64,000 nt of DNA from Bacteroidales bacterium (GTDB taxonomy: Bacteria; Bacteroidota; Bacteroidia; Bacteroidales; ML635J-15): NCBI GenBank assembly GCA_035343375.1, contig DAOQYW010000006.1, positions 14,230 through 78,229 of the forward strand, read 5' to 3'. Below the pieces are notes generated by a model, which worked only from the letters and a program-made list of their open reading frames with translations, was not told where the DNA came from and made no database searches. Each line of letters starts with the position of its first letter. Position 1 is the stretch's first letter. Shown in pieces: positions 8,973-19,821 of the stretch. Both the position numbers and the translations under genes were made by a program.

Positions 8973-10338
8973 GTTTGACAATTTTACTATAGATGGTTTT
9001 GTCAATTAAGATAGTTGTTAAATGGTCGCCTGACTTAATTTCAGTATCAGCATTAATTGTTTTATCGGCGATTTGAGTAATTGAAAATCCTCTTTTCAAA
9101 ATATTTTTCGGATCAGTTAATCTTATCCTTTGCTCCAGTCCTTCCAATTTTTGTTTCTGATTTGAGAAATATTGAGATTGTAATTTATTTAGTCCATAAA
9201 TTTTTCTTTCCAATTCTTTATTTTCCGAATTTATTACTGCTAAGGGGATTGTCGATAGTCTTTTGGTTGCCAAATCAATCTTTAGCAAATTGTCTTTTAA
9301 TAAATTATTGCAAGCATTTTTTAGTTGGTAATACAATTTGTTACAGTTTTCAGTGCTTGCAGACAGTTTTTCTTTAATTTTTAAAATCCCGAGACTCATA
9401 CCTGCCAGATACATCTCCTGGGTCTTAATTATGTCTTTGGTGTGGTTTATTAATTCCTCATAACATTGCAGAACATCATTTTCGAAAATCAGATTGTAAT
9501 CAATAATGTAATTTGCTACTGCAGTTGGAGTTTTAAGTTTTGTATGAGATACCATGTCAGCAACGGATTCATCTCGGTCGTGTCCAATCCCCGAAATTAC
9601 AGGTAATGGAAATTGAGTAATGTGATATGCAATATTGTAATTGTCAAAATAACTTAGGTCTGTTTTGGAGCCGCCGCCACGAATTATTGCAACAATATCA
9701 AAATTCTGACTTTGACTAAAAATAACATTTAGAGCTTTTATAACAGAGGCTTCCGTATTTGAACCCTGCATATCTGCTTCGAATAGTGTAACATTAAATG
9801 AGTATTTGTACTTGTTTGAATAAATTTGATTTAAGAAGTCCTCATATCCGGCAGCTCCGGGAGAAGATATTATAGCAATATTTTGAATTACCGGTGGTAA
9901 TAAAAGCTCTTTGTTCATGTCAAAAACACCTTCGGAAATAAGTTTTTCAATAATTTCCTTTTTACGTCTTTCCAAATCTCCCAATGTATAGCTGGGATCA
10001 ATGTCCCTAACATTCAACGAAAATCCGTAAATCTCATGAAAATCTACACTTACCTGAACAAGAACGTTAATTCCTTTGTCAAGATTGGTATTTGTTACAG
10101 ATTGAAAATAAGAACTTATAAAGCGAAATTGCGATGACCATATTGTTCCTCTTGCTTGTGCAACAATTTTATCGCTATCTTTTGCTTTTTGAATAAATTC
10201 AATATAACAATGTCCGCTTCGGTGAATATTTATATTGTTAATTTCTGCTATAATCCATATCGGAGCGTCAAAACTAACATCAATTGCTTTTTTTATTGAT
10301 TTGTTTAATTCAAGTAATGTTAATGTTGGAACAGACAT
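8956..10338 (-). CDS. xseA: Exodeoxyribonuclease VII large subunit
   Basis: N-terminal OB-fold region (WIIAEINNINIHRSGHCYIEF), the catalytic core IIRGGGS...GIGHDRD, and a C-terminal coiled-coil region. Confidence 0.9.
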   Translation of the reverse strand: MSVPTLTLLELNKSIKKAIDVSFDAPIWIIAEINNINIHRSGHCYIEFIQKAKDSDKIVAQARGTIWSSQFRFISSYFQSVTNTNLDKGINVLVQVSVDFHEIYGFSLNVRDIDPSYTLGDLERRKKEIIEKLISEGVFDMNKELLLPPVIQNIAIISSPGAAGYEDFLNQIYSNKYKYSFNVTLFEADMQGSNTEASVIKALNVIFSQSQNFDIVAIIRGGGSKTDLSYFDNYNIAYHITQFPLPVISGIGHDRDESVADMVSHTKLKTPTAVANYIIDYNLIFENDVLQCYEELINHTKDIIKTQEMYLAGMSLGILKIKEKLSASTENCNKLYYQLKNACNNLLKDNLLKIDLATKRLSTIPLAVINSENKELERKIYGLNKLQSQYFSNQKQKLEGLEQRIRLTDPKNILKRGFSITQIADKTINADTEIKSGDHLTTILIDKTIYSKIVKHEKNK

Positions 10339-10340
10339 GA

Positions 10341-11993
10341 TTATTTTTTAATTAACTTTTCAGAATATCTGGAAGTGTTTATTATTACATTAACAATGTA
10401 TATTCCTGACTTTAGTTTATTTAAATCGTCAATAGTGATTTTTGTGCTACTTTCTTTAGCTTTATATTCTAACCATATATAATTGTTTTTTCCGCTAATA
10501 TCATTTATTATTACTTGAATAGAATCGCCGGGGTTTGTCTTTAAATCAATTATAAAATCATTATTGAAAGGGTTGGGATAAATGTTAAATTTGTTTTCAG
10601 GAATATAATTGTCTTCTGATATTAAAATTTTTCCTGCAAGAACGAAATCGGGAATGCCGTAACCAAGATAATCCGTAGGTGAATTATAAAGATGAGACGA
10701 TTTACGAATAGCGTCCATGATTTCTTGATTTGTTTTGTCCGGAAATTGTTGCCATAAGCATGCAACAAGCCCCGAAAGAATGGGAGAGGAGAATGAGGTA
10801 CCATTTCCCTGTCCAAAACTACCATCAAGTTCCTGATTAGTCGTTCCTGCACCCATTGCAACTATATCAGGCTTTACTCTGCCATCATAACTAGGGCCAA
10901 TAGAACTAAATGCAGCGTAGGCTTGATTTGACCATACAGCTCCTGCTGTTAAAATATTGTCTGCATCACCGGGTGAATTAATCCAAGGATGAATAGGATC
11001 ATCGCCACTGTTTGCAGCAGAAGCTACTATTATCATTCCTTTCGATGATGCAATCCCTGCTGCAATACTTATTATTGCAGTTTTACCATCCATCGTTTGA
11101 TAACTATGGTTGTATTCCGGCATATCAAAATCCAGATATCCCAAAGAAACATTTATAATGTCCGCTCCCATACTGTCTGCATATTCAGCCGCTGAAATCC
11201 AGTTTATTTCTTCAATTATATTTTCCGAATCGGGATCTTCTGACATTATCAACAGATAATTTGCCTCAGGTGCTGAACCAATTAAATTTTCGGGACTATT
11301 GCCTGCAAGAATTGACAGTACTCGCATTCCATGAGTACTATAACCGAAAACGATGTCTCCTCCATGAACAAAATTTCTTGTTGAAATTACTCTTTCTGCT
11401 TCAAATAAGCTGTCGAAAGCCGGTAAGTCCGGTAAACCTAAATAACCTGCATCTGTAACTGCAATCAGCATTCCCTGACCTCTAAAACCATTATTGTGCA
11501 TAACTTGTCCATTATGCATATAAATTTGATCAGCACTTGTTCCATAATTGTAGTAGTTAGTGTTTTTTGAACCTGTTTTTATTTCACGGGGAATTTTATA
11601 ACTTTCAGGTACAGCGACTTTGTTTGTTTGAATAGGTTTATATTTTGCGGAATTACTGACAAATCCTAAATAATTAATAGTATCCATTAACAAAGAATCC
11701 AAAGTGTAAATAGTAGCTGAGTTAAACCATTTAGATACATTGATAACTTCCAAACCTAAGCTTTCAAGACTATCAATATAAATCTGAGTTACAGGCAAAT
11801 CAGATAAATCAAGTTCAATATTCTGATTAGCACGTCTTTGCAAGGAACGTTCACTTAAAAATTCTTCAGGTCGTTCGAGACTGAAATTATTGTTGTTTTT
11901 ATCGGTAAACTCTATGTAATACTTGTTGGGCGCAACTTGTGATGATACTGTCAGACTAAAAAACAGTATAAAAAATAATAATAAAGTCTTCAT
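10341..11993 (-). CDS. S8 (subtilisin-family) serine peptidase with type A T9SS C-terminal sorting domain
   Basis: Asp/His/Ser triad contexts AVTDAGY, HGMRVLS and GTSFSSP. Has a signal peptide. The C-terminal ~80 aa (YPNPFNNDFIIDL...GIYIVNV) looks like a Por_Secre_tail. Confidence 0.85.
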   Translation of the reverse strand: MKTLLLFFILFFSLTVSSQVAPNKYYIEFTDKNNNNFSLERPEEFLSERSLQRRANQNIELDLSDLPVTQIYIDSLESLGLEVINVSKWFNSATIYTLDSLLMDTINYLGFVSNSAKYKPIQTNKVAVPESYKIPREIKTGSKNTNYYNYGTSADQIYMHNGQVMHNNGFRGQGMLIAVTDAGYLGLPDLPAFDSLFEAERVISTRNFVHGGDIVFGYSTHGMRVLSILAGNSPENLIGSAPEANYLLIMSEDPDSENIIEEINWISAAEYADSMGADIINVSLGYLDFDMPEYNHSYQTMDGKTAIISIAAGIASSKGMIIVASAANSGDDPIHPWINSPGDADNILTAGAVWSNQAYAAFSSIGPSYDGRVKPDIVAMGAGTTNQELDGSFGQGNGTSFSSPILSGLVACLWQQFPDKTNQEIMDAIRKSSHLYNSPTDYLGYGIPDFVLAGKILISEDNYIPENKFNIYPNPFNNDFIIDLKTNPGDSIQVIINDISGKNNYIWLEYKAKESSTKITIDDLNKLKSGIYIVNVIINTSRYSEKLIKK

Positions 11994-12001
11994 TGTAAAA
12001 A

Positions 12002-12709
12002 TTATTCATTAATAAAATCAATCTCAACTAATTCTTGTATATAAATAGTCCCGGTGGTTATACGTTCTTCAATAGGTACTTCAAAAACTACTTCCTGCGA
12101 ATTTATATAGGTCTGTTCTTTATAAATTAAACCAATGCGGTAAGCATAGACCTCGTATGCCAGATCTTTGTGTATTAGCGAAAAAGAAGAATCGTGAACT
12201 ACAGTTAGGCAAGAATCAAATGCGAAATCACCGATTTGGTAAAACGAATTAACTGAGCTGGTACGATATTCTTGACTTTCACATTCGTTAAAAATATTTC
12301 CGTTCCAGGAGTATCCTGTTTTTACCGGAAACCGAATTTTTACATATCTATAATTTTCCTCAACTTTTTCAGCAGTGTTCTCTGTAATTTTAGCAGACCA
12401 AACAGAATGAATTATCCAATTATCGTTTAATGTTTTTTTCGTATATCTTTCAATTCGATATGCAGTATCATTTTCGTTGTCAAGCAAAGCAATATCAGTT
12501 ATTTCTTTAAGATAATAGATACTGGTATCATAAACTTCTGAGGGTTTGTCAATAGTAATCTCTGTTACTTTGTAAATGAGTGAATTGCCTGTTATTAAAG
12601 GGAAATATTCTTTACCGGTAAAAACAGAATAGTTATTATTGTTTTCGTTTTCGCAGGATAATACGAAAATTGTGAAAATCAATAATATATATATTAACCA
12701 TTTAAACAT
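12002..12709 (-). CDS. Hypothetical lipoprotein
   Basis: Signal peptide with lipobox (FVLSC). Packed 8-9 nt from both neighbours. I recognise no family. Confidence 0.5.
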   Translation of the reverse strand: MFKWLIYILLIFTIFVLSCENENNNNYSVFTGKEYFPLITGNSLIYKVTEITIDKPSEVYDTSIYYLKEITDIALLDNENDTAYRIERYTKKTLNDNWIIHSVWSAKITENTAEKVEENYRYVKIRFPVKTGYSWNGNIFNECESQEYRTSSVNSFYQIGDFAFDSCLTVVHDSSFSLIHKDLAYEVYAYRIGLIYKEQTYINSQEVVFEVPIEERITTGTIYIQELVEIDFINE

Positions 12710-12718
12710 ACAGCAAAT

Positions 12719-13810
12719 TTAATTACTTTTCATTATTATTCCACCGGCTATAATATCATTTTCTTCATAAATTACGGCAGATTGCCCCGGAGTCACTGCT
12801 GACACTGGTTTTTTGAAAGTAATTTTTATTTTATTGTCAAATTGTTTAACCCTGCATTCTTCACCTTTATTATTATATCTTATTTTACATATCGCTTCTT
12901 TTTCTTTAAAAATGTCAGGATATTTCATGAAATTAGTTTCTTCAATCCATACTTCAGTTTTTAGTAATTGATTGCTATCTCCTAGGGTTATAGTATTTGT
13001 GGTAGCATCAATATTCAATACATATACAGGATATCCCATTGCTATTTCAAGTCCTTTTCGCTGTCCTATTGTATAAAAAGGGAAACCTTTATGTTTTCCG
13101 ATTATTTTTCCGTTTGTGTCGATAAAATTTCCTTCGCCTATTTTTTTGTCAATATTCGGAACTCTTTGACGCAGAAATTGTCTATAATCATCATCAGGAA
13201 TAAAACAAATCTCCTGGCTTTCTTTTTTGTTTGCTAATTTTTCGTAATTCAATTTTCTTGCAATTTCCCGCACTTCTGTTTTAGTCAAATTTCCTAAAGG
13301 GAAAATTGTTCTTGCAAGATTTTCTTGTGATAATTTCCATAAAAAGTAGCTTTGATCTTTTAGATTGTCAGAGCCTTTACGTAAAAAATATCTTCCGTTT
13401 TCGAAAATCACTTGTGCATAATGTCCGGTTGCCAGATAATTACATTTTAAGTTATCTGCTTCTTCAATCATTTGACCCCATTTTACTATTTGATTGCACA
13501 AAACACATGGATTTGGAGTTGATCCAGACATGTATTCATTTATGAAATTCTGTATAATAGTTTTTTCAAATAATTTACGGATGTCAATAATTTTATGCTC
13601 AAAGCCTAGCTCAGCTGCCAGTTTCTTAGCTTCGAAAATTGAATCAACGCTACAACAACCGGTTTCTTTTTCTAAGCAGCCTTTTGAAATTAAATCATAA
13701 GAACGAAAAGTCATACCTATAATTTCATACCCCTGCTCTTTAAGTAATAAAGCAGCAACAGAACTGTCTGTTCCTCCGCTCATTGCGAGCAAAACTCTTT
13801 TAATTCTCAA
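12719..13810 (-). CDS. mnmA: tRNA 2-thiouridine(34) synthase
   Basis: PP-loop SGGTDSS plus conserved MnmA blocks (ATGHYA, KDQSYFL). I favour the TTG at 13810, giving MRIKRVLLAMSGG. That removes the 47-nt overlap created by the track's ATG at 13858 and abuts the upstream stop at 13812. Confidence 0.9.
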   Translation of the reverse strand: MRIKRVLLAMSGGTDSSVAALLLKEQGYEIIGMTFRSYDLISKGCLEKETGCCSVDSIFEAKKLAAELGFEHKIIDIRKLFEKTIIQNFINEYMSGSTPNPCVLCNQIVKWGQMIEEADNLKCNYLATGHYAQVIFENGRYFLRKGSDNLKDQSYFLWKLSQENLARTIFPLGNLTKTEVREIARKLNYEKLANKKESQEICFIPDDDYRQFLRQRVPNIDKKIGEGNFIDTNGKIIGKHKGFPFYTIGQRKGLEIAMGYPVYVLNIDATTNTITLGDSNQLLKTEVWIEETNFMKYPDIFKEKEAICKIRYNNKGEECRVKQFDNKIKITFKKPVSAVTPGQSAVIYEENDIIAGGIIMKSN

Positions 13811-13811
13811 A

Positions 13812-14660
13812 TTATTCGAATTGTGTTTTAGGATTAGGACTTGGCTTAAAAAATTCAAATGGATTATCCAGAAAGTCCTCAGGTTGTTTGAATTGATCCT
13901 GATTTTCTTTTGCCCAGTCGAGTTTATCTTGCCATTCTTTCATTATTTCTTCATAGTTATCGGGTCTATCCATATAATAATTAATAGTATCTCCTTTAGG
14001 AATTTTAGTATAAATTATCCAGTCACCGTGTCTTTTCCCTTCCACAAATGGACCTTCTTCGTCAACCAAACCTGTCGTAGCATAAAATTTCCAATATCCA
14101 TGTCGAGTACCATTCAAATAAGGACCTTCTTCAATTACTAATCCGTTTTGGAAATATTTTTTATAATATCCGTTAAGTTTACCATCTTTGTAAGAGCATT
14201 CCAAAACCTTGGTTCCCGTCCCGGGATAGTACATTCTTACATCTCCCTCTGCTTTCCCGTGTTCATAGTTAATCACTGCCGATAACACACCGTCTTCAAA
14301 ATATAAATACCATGTTTTATGTCTTTCTCTGTTTTCGTCATAAAAACCTTTGGTAGCCCTATTACCGTTATCCCAATATTGTTCAACAGTAGCACAACCT
14401 TTGTCGTCATAGTTTAACAGAGATTTGATATTTCCATTTGGATGATAATACGTAAATGTTCCGGTTGGTTGATCGTTGATAAAAAACCCTTTATATCTGA
14501 TTTTTCCGTTATCATAATTTTTTACCCACTTTCCTTGCTTTTTATTATTTATGTCTATATAATTTATTAAGGTGTCACCATCCATTGTGCCAACATTTTG
14601 ACTTAATATGGTTGTGGTGAAAACTAAAAAGCAGATAACAATTGAAAATAGTTTTATCAT
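13812..14660 (-). CDS. MORN-repeat-variant protein (YwqK-like), secreted
   Basis: Signal peptide, then repeated G-x-W-x-x-Y/F-Y-x-N-G units (GKWVKNYDNGK, GTFTYYHPNGN, GYYKKYFQNG, GYWKFYATTG). Confidence 0.7.
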   Translation of the reverse strand: MIKLFSIVICFLVFTTTILSQNVGTMDGDTLINYIDINNKKQGKWVKNYDNGKIRYKGFFINDQPTGTFTYYHPNGNIKSLLNYDDKGCATVEQYWDNGNRATKGFYDENRERHKTWYLYFEDGVLSAVINYEHGKAEGDVRMYYPGTGTKVLECSYKDGKLNGYYKKYFQNGLVIEEGPYLNGTRHGYWKFYATTGLVDEEGPFVEGKRHGDWIIYTKIPKGDTINYYMDRPDNYEEIMKEWQDKLDWAKENQDQFKQPEDFLDNPFEFFKPSPNPKTQFE

Positions 14661-14670
14661 ATTATTAATA

Positions 14671-16467
14671 TTACATTTTAATAACTTTAGAATTGTAATT
14701 TTTATTGTCCTTCGCGAACCTTACAAAATATATGCCTTTACTCCATTTACTGACATCCAAAACAAAAGAATTATCAACATTTAATTTTTCAATAATCAAT
14801 TTACCGTCAATATCAAAAATTTGAAAATTAAATTTGCCAGTCAATTCAATATTTATAAAGTCTGAACAAGGATTTGGAAATGTATTTGTTGTAGGTTCAA
14901 TTCTGTTTGAATTGTATTTTGTATCAAAATCAAAAGGTAGGGTAAAACCGTTACGTAAATTACTGCCTTTATATGTTCCAAAGCAATAGTCGGGATTAAA
15001 ATCTATATCGGACAACTCGATTACATTTATATGAACAGAGTCAGTGGAAACCATATCCAAATCATAGCTAAGAGCAATTAAATCAAGTTTTCCGTTTCCA
15101 TTTATATCACCTAGATTTATTCCATTCATAAAAGTAAAACCTTGTACCTGTATCGGGAAACCCTGCATTTCTGTAAAATTGCTTAAGTCAGTATTAGCAG
15201 TATACGCATGAATATAACCATTCCCGTCCAAATCTTTCATGTTTGAACCGGTAAATATATATAGAACACTAAGGTCGGTTGAATACATTGCTGTAATAAA
15301 ACCTTCCAATCCATCAACTCTTTCATAAGGGAAGCCGTCAATATAATTGCCTTCGGGACTAAAAGCATGAATTGTTGGATAAGGATCTGTGCTGTTTGCC
15401 CCAGGTTGCGAAAATAAATAAAAATCAAAAGTTCCATTCAACCCTATGGCTGTTGGAGCATTATATGTCCATGAGTTGTCGGCTGTTGGTTTTGGCCAGT
15501 TTTCGTTAACATATTCTGAATTTTTATTAATGGCATAGTATTCAGGAAAATTTCCATGTGTGGCTCCAATTATTCTAATATCTTCATTTGTCTCAGGGTT
15601 TAAATTCTCAACACATATTAATGGTGACTGATAAGAAAATCCTGTATTTTCATTCATTATGGGAAATCCATTAATTAAATTTCCGTTAAAATCATAAGCA
15701 AAAATCGTAGAAGTTGAACACATAACAATCAAACTGTCAATAATTCTGCTGTCATTTGGATCTTCGTTTGAGTGAAAGTAAGCAACAGAAGGTGTTACTG
15801 CTGGTGTGCCGTCCAAAGTAAGAGGGAAATTCTCTGAATATGAAGTGCCGTTATTTTTTAAAACATGGAGCCTACCCGGATTTGGAGACATTCTTTCTGC
15901 AATTATTATTTCAAGTTGTTTGTCATTATTCAGATCTGCAATTGCAGGTGCACAAATAATCCAGTGATTGTCGAAATTCACAGGCCAACCGGGAAATGTA
16001 TTTCCATTATGGTCAAAAACATGAATTCGTCCGTTTGCAGGAGAGCCACCAGTCACTTGCACTATTTCAATGAAACCATCATCATTAATGTCAGCTGCCG
16101 ATGGCGGGTATATTGCTGTACCTGTTAATACTGATTCCCAGTATTTTTCTCCAGTGCCTGAATAAGCATATATTTTCGAGTTTGCGGCAAAAATAATATC
16201 ATCAATATTGTCGTTATTGATGTCCTGAATGCAAACTCCTCTCATGTTTTTAAAGCTTGGATTACTTGCAAAGGCTTTAGGCCATGAAGTCAACTGATCT
16301 TTTGACTGAGATTTAAAGTTGTCGGTATTTAATAAAACTACCGGTTCTGTGCCAATTTTGCCAAATTCGTTGCTGATAAATGCTCTTTGATATTGTGCAA
16401 AACAAGATAAATTAAAAATAACAATAACAAAAATTAAGCTTGATTTTTTGTTTGTTTTTATTCTCAT
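14671..16467 (-). CDS. FG-GAP/VCBS-repeat protein with type A T9SS C-terminal sorting domain
   Basis: Repeated D-x-N-x-D-x-x-x-D calcium-type loops (DINNDNIDDIIF, DINDDGFIEIV, DLNNDKQLEII, DINGNGKLDLI). C-terminal FPNPCSDFINIEL...GIYFVRF. Start taken at the internal Met that precedes the signal peptide. Confidence 0.7.
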   Translation of the reverse strand: MRIKTNKKSSLIFVIVIFNLSCFAQYQRAFISNEFGKIGTEPVVLLNTDNFKSQSKDQLTSWPKAFASNPSFKNMRGVCIQDINNDNIDDIIFAANSKIYAYSGTGEKYWESVLTGTAIYPPSAADINDDGFIEIVQVTGGSPANGRIHVFDHNGNTFPGWPVNFDNHWIICAPAIADLNNDKQLEIIIAERMSPNPGRLHVLKNNGTSYSENFPLTLDGTPAVTPSVAYFHSNEDPNDSRIIDSLIVMCSTSTIFAYDFNGNLINGFPIMNENTGFSYQSPLICVENLNPETNEDIRIIGATHGNFPEYYAINKNSEYVNENWPKPTADNSWTYNAPTAIGLNGTFDFYLFSQPGANSTDPYPTIHAFSPEGNYIDGFPYERVDGLEGFITAMYSTDLSVLYIFTGSNMKDLDGNGYIHAYTANTDLSNFTEMQGFPIQVQGFTFMNGINLGDINGNGKLDLIALSYDLDMVSTDSVHINVIELSDIDFNPDYCFGTYKGSNLRNGFTLPFDFDTKYNSNRIEPTTNTFPNPCSDFINIELTGKFNFQIFDIDGKLIIEKLNVDNSFVLDVSKWSKGIYFVRFAKDNKNYNSKVIKM

Positions 16468-16599
16468 AATTTTTAAGCTCTTAAGTTTTAATTGAGTGTA
16501 CAAAATTAACAAAAACGCAATATATTTATACATAAATTTTGTAATAAATTTTGTCTTATTAATATTTTAAAAATCATTTTTTTTATATAAAATATTTTC

Positions 16600-16607
16600 T
16601 ACATTTG
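16600..16607 (+). promoter_or_regulatory. Candidate Bacteroidota -7 promoter element (TACATTTG)
   Basis: TAnnTTTG match 36 nt upstream of the gcvT ATG. Confidence 0.3.
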
Positions 16608-16643
16608 CTCGACTATACATAATAAATTTAATATTTCGAAATA

Positions 16644-17765
16644 ATGAAAACAACAGCATTTACACATCATCACATTGAACTTGGAGCAAAAATGGCAGAA
16701 TTTGCAGGTTATAACATGCCTATAGAATTTACCGGTATTAACGACGAACATATCGCCTGTAGAGAAAAAATAGGTTTGTTTGACGTTTCTCACATGGGAG
16801 AATTTTGGGTTAAAGGTCCGAAAGCTTTTAGCTTTATACAAAAAGTTACCTCTAACAATGTTGCGGATTTGACTGACGGCAAAGTTCAATATTCTTGTTT
16901 CCCTAATGCGGATGGTGGTATTGTTGATGATCTTTTAGTGTATCGTTTTGATGAAAAAAATTATCTTTTGGTTGTTAATGCCGCTAATATAGAAAAAGAC
17001 TGGAACTGGTGTGTAAAGCATGCTAAGGAAATGAATCTCGAGATTGGTGTTGAACTGCAAAATTCGTCTGATGATATTTGTCAATTAGCAGTGCAGGGTC
17101 CTTATGCATTAAAAGCTATGCAGAAATTGACTTCGGCAAATGTTATTGACATGGAATATTATACTTGTAAGCAGATAAGTTTTGCAGGTATTGAAAAGGT
17201 TATTTTCTCAACCACCGGTTATACAGGTGCAGGTGGATGCGAAATTTATGCATATAATAAAGATGCCGAAATTTTATATAAGGCAGTTTTGGATGCAGGT
17301 AAAGAATTCGGTCTTCAAAATGTAGGATTAGGTGCAAGAGATACTTTGAGACTTGAAATGGGATTTTGTCTTTACGGACATGATATAAATGATACAACCT
17401 CTCCAATAGAAGCAGGATTAGGTTGGATAACGAAATTTGTTGATGGAAATGATTTTGTAAACAGAGCTTATCATGAAAAACTTAAGGTGGAAGGAACTAC
17501 GAAAATGCTTAGAGGTTTTGAAATGATTGACCGTGGCATTCCACGTCAACATTATCCTGTTTATGATGCTGATGGTAATCAAATTGGAGAAGTTACTTCG
17601 GGAACCATGTCACCAATGATGAAAATCGGTATCGGAATGGCTTATGTTGCAAAAGGTTTCTGGAAAGAAGGCACCGAAATATTTATTGGAATACGTGACA
17701 AAAAACTCAAAGCAAAAGTTGTTAAAACACCTATTTTTAAAGGACAAAAACCGGCAGTAAAATAG
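16644..17765 (+). CDS. gcvT: Glycine cleavage system aminomethyltransferase (T protein)
   Basis: Typical GcvT blocks: [30 protein letters not shown] and [11 protein letters not shown]. Confidence 0.92.
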   Translation: MKTTAFTHHHIELGAKMAEFAGYNMPIEFTGINDEHIACREKIGLFDVSHMGEFWVKGPKAFSFIQKVTSNNVADLTDGKVQYSCFPNADGGIVDDLLVYRFDEKNYLLVVNAANIEKDWNWCVKHAKEMNLEIGVELQNSSDDICQLAVQGPYALKAMQKLTSANVIDMEYYTCKQISFAGIEKVIFSTTGYTGAGGCEIYAYNKDAEILYKAVLDAGKEFGLQNVGLGARDTLRLEMGFCLYGHDINDTTSPIEAGLGWITKFVDGNDFVNRAYHEKLKVEGTTKMLRGFEMIDRGIPRQHYPVYDADGNQIGEVTSGTMSPMMKIGIGMAYVAKGFWKEGTEIFIGIRDKKLKAKVVKTPIFKGQKPAVK

Positions 17766-18041
17766 ATTTTATATATAGAGTGAAAATATAAATTGTTCTA
17801 TTTTTTTCTTATTTTAAGTATTTATTGCAGGAAATAGGCGATGTCGTCTACATAATGATTTATTATTTATATTTTACATTGCATTCAAGGATTTAAACAA
17901 CTTTGATGAAGGTTATGTAAATAATTAGTTTATAATAATAATTATTTTATATTAAATTTAAAAAAATATATGTAATTTAGTGCAGTTTTATAAATTTATT
18001 TGTTTATAAAATTATTGTATTGTTATTAAAACCTGATAGTT

Positions 18042-19799
18042 ATGAAAAAAATATTCTTATTATTTGTTATTACGGGATATTTAGGAGTATTATCTGCTCA
18101 AGTTATTAAAGGAAGGTCAGAGTCTATCCCAATTAATATTGAGCCCCAATACGAATTTACGAAGCCACCTATTTTATATGTTGATATGAAATTTGCTGAT
18201 GCTAATGGGAATGGAATAGTAGAGGCAGATGAAAAAGCAGTACTAACTATTGTTATTTCAAATAAAGGGGCAGGAAGAGCACAAGGTTTAAAGGTTAAAA
18301 CTATATCAAATAATAATGACCCTAATTTCAAAATTGATTCAGAGTTTTCTATTAATGAGATTAGACCAGGAGAATCAGATACTGTTTTGGTTGAGATGTA
18401 TGCAGGGATGAATGTTCTTACTCGTGAACATCATATTGATATTACAATAACGGAGTATTTTGGATATGATATGGATCCTGCAGCATTAATTCTTAATACT
18501 TTGGAGTATCAAAGGCCAGAAATCGTTTTTTCTGGTCTGGATATTTATGATAGAGGAGAAGGAACAGTAGCAATTGATTATGATGGACAGTTACAAGCAG
18601 GAGAAATGGTTAGAGTTAAAATTGTTATTCAGAATGTTGGTAATAATATTGCGAAAAATACTGTTTATCAAATAGAATCAAGAGATAATAATATTTATAT
18701 TGATGAAGGTCAGGGGACTATTGGTGATATGAAAATTGGAGAAATAAAAGAAATTTGGATGACAATTAGCCCCAATAAACGAGTCGACTATAAAGGAAGT
18801 TTACCCATTTACATAACTGTAAAAGAAGATATTGGGAAGGGTTCATTAATTGGATATCAATTACCACTTGCACTTAATCAAAGACCACCTGCAACTGAAA
18901 CATTAGAAGTAAAAGCTGACTTTGAAAAGATACAACAGCAAGTTGCAGTATTTGAATACAAAAGTGATAGATATACTTCAAATATTGCTGCCAGAAGTGT
19001 GGATGCGATTCCTTTAACTAAATCTAAAAGACCTGATGCTGTTGCAATTGTAATTGGAGTTGAAAAGTATGAGAATATGCCACCAGCTCCATATGCAGCA
19101 AAAGACGCCCAAGTGATGACAAAGTATTTCAAGGATGTTTTAGGAATTGATAAAGTCATTACTTATATTAATAAAGAAGTTTCGGGTTTTATCTTTATGA
19201 ATATTTTTGACCCTAATTTAGGGCAGTTGCAAAAAATTATTAACAAAGGGCAGACCGAAGTTTATGTTTATTATTCGGGACATGGGATTCCAGATAAAGA
19301 TGGTAAAGATGTTTATTTGTTTCCATACGATGGGAAAATTGAAATGCTTGATGTTATGGGTTATAGTTTGAATAAACTATATAAAAATTTAGATATGTTG
19401 GGAGCAAAATCTGTTACTGTAATTTTGGATGCATGTTTTTCCGGCTCTTCCAGAGCTTCAAATATGTATATTGCAGAAAACGTTTCTCAGACAAAGGGTA
19501 CCAGAATTGTTCCGCGTGAAGTTAGACCATGGGAAAGTAATTCGAACTTTAGTGTATTTACAAGTTCGAAGGACGAACAGACATCCGTTGGCTTTGATGA
19601 ATCCGGCACAGGACTTTTTACGTACTTTTTGGTTATTGGTCTGCAAGGTGAGGCTGATTTAAATGATGATAAAGTTATTTATGCATCTGAATTAAGGAAA
19701 TATGTTTCCGAAAAAGTAAGCGAAACATCTCGTAAAATTAGGGGAGAGCAAACGCCTCAGTTCTACGGTAATGATGATTTCATAATCGTAGAGTTTTAG
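18042..19799 (+). CDS. Secreted caspase-family (peptidase C14) protein with N-terminal CARDB-like beta-sandwich domains
   Basis: Signal peptide. C-terminal caspase fold with the catalytic His in YVYYSGHG and the catalytic Cys in ILDACFSG. About 300 aa of repeated beta-rich modules lie upstream. Confidence 0.8.
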   Translation: MKKIFLLFVITGYLGVLSAQVIKGRSESIPINIEPQYEFTKPPILYVDMKFADANGNGIVEADEKAVLTIVISNKGAGRAQGLKVKTISNNNDPNFKIDSEFSINEIRPGESDTVLVEMYAGMNVLTREHHIDITITEYFGYDMDPAALILNTLEYQRPEIVFSGLDIYDRGEGTVAIDYDGQLQAGEMVRVKIVIQNVGNNIAKNTVYQIESRDNNIYIDEGQGTIGDMKIGEIKEIWMTISPNKRVDYKGSLPIYITVKEDIGKGSLIGYQLPLALNQRPPATETLEVKADFEKIQQQVAVFEYKSDRYTSNIAARSVDAIPLTKSKRPDAVAIVIGVEKYENMPPAPYAAKDAQVMTKYFKDVLGIDKVITYINKEVSGFIFMNIFDPNLGQLQKIINKGQTEVYVYYSGHGIPDKDGKDVYLFPYDGKIEMLDVMGYSLNKLYKNLDMLGAKSVTVILDACFSGSSRASNMYIAENVSQTKGTRIVPREVRPWESNSNFSVFTSSKDEQTSVGFDESGTGLFTYFLVIGLQGEADLNDDKVIYASELRKYVSEKVSETSRKIRGEQTPQFYGNDDFIIVEF

Positions 19800-19821
19800 T
19801 TTATAAAACAAAAGAAATAAT

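Noticed and set aside
13812-14660. YwqK-like MORN-variant protein as a toxin-antitoxin component
   Set aside because: The family name is a database label. This copy has a signal peptide and no adjacent toxin gene, and it sits inside a housekeeping operon. There is no sequence evidence for a TA system.
16599-16889. 96-aa minus-strand ORF overlapping the gcvT start, and the many other 60-110-aa antisense or off-frame ORFs in the track (e.g. 2716-2910, 9081-9377, 13821-14141, 15865-16128, 18878-19159, 49056-49391, 51101-51418)
   Set aside because: All are nested in or antisense to longer ORFs with family-level motif support. They are expected by chance, since an AT-rich genome has stop-poor antisense frames.
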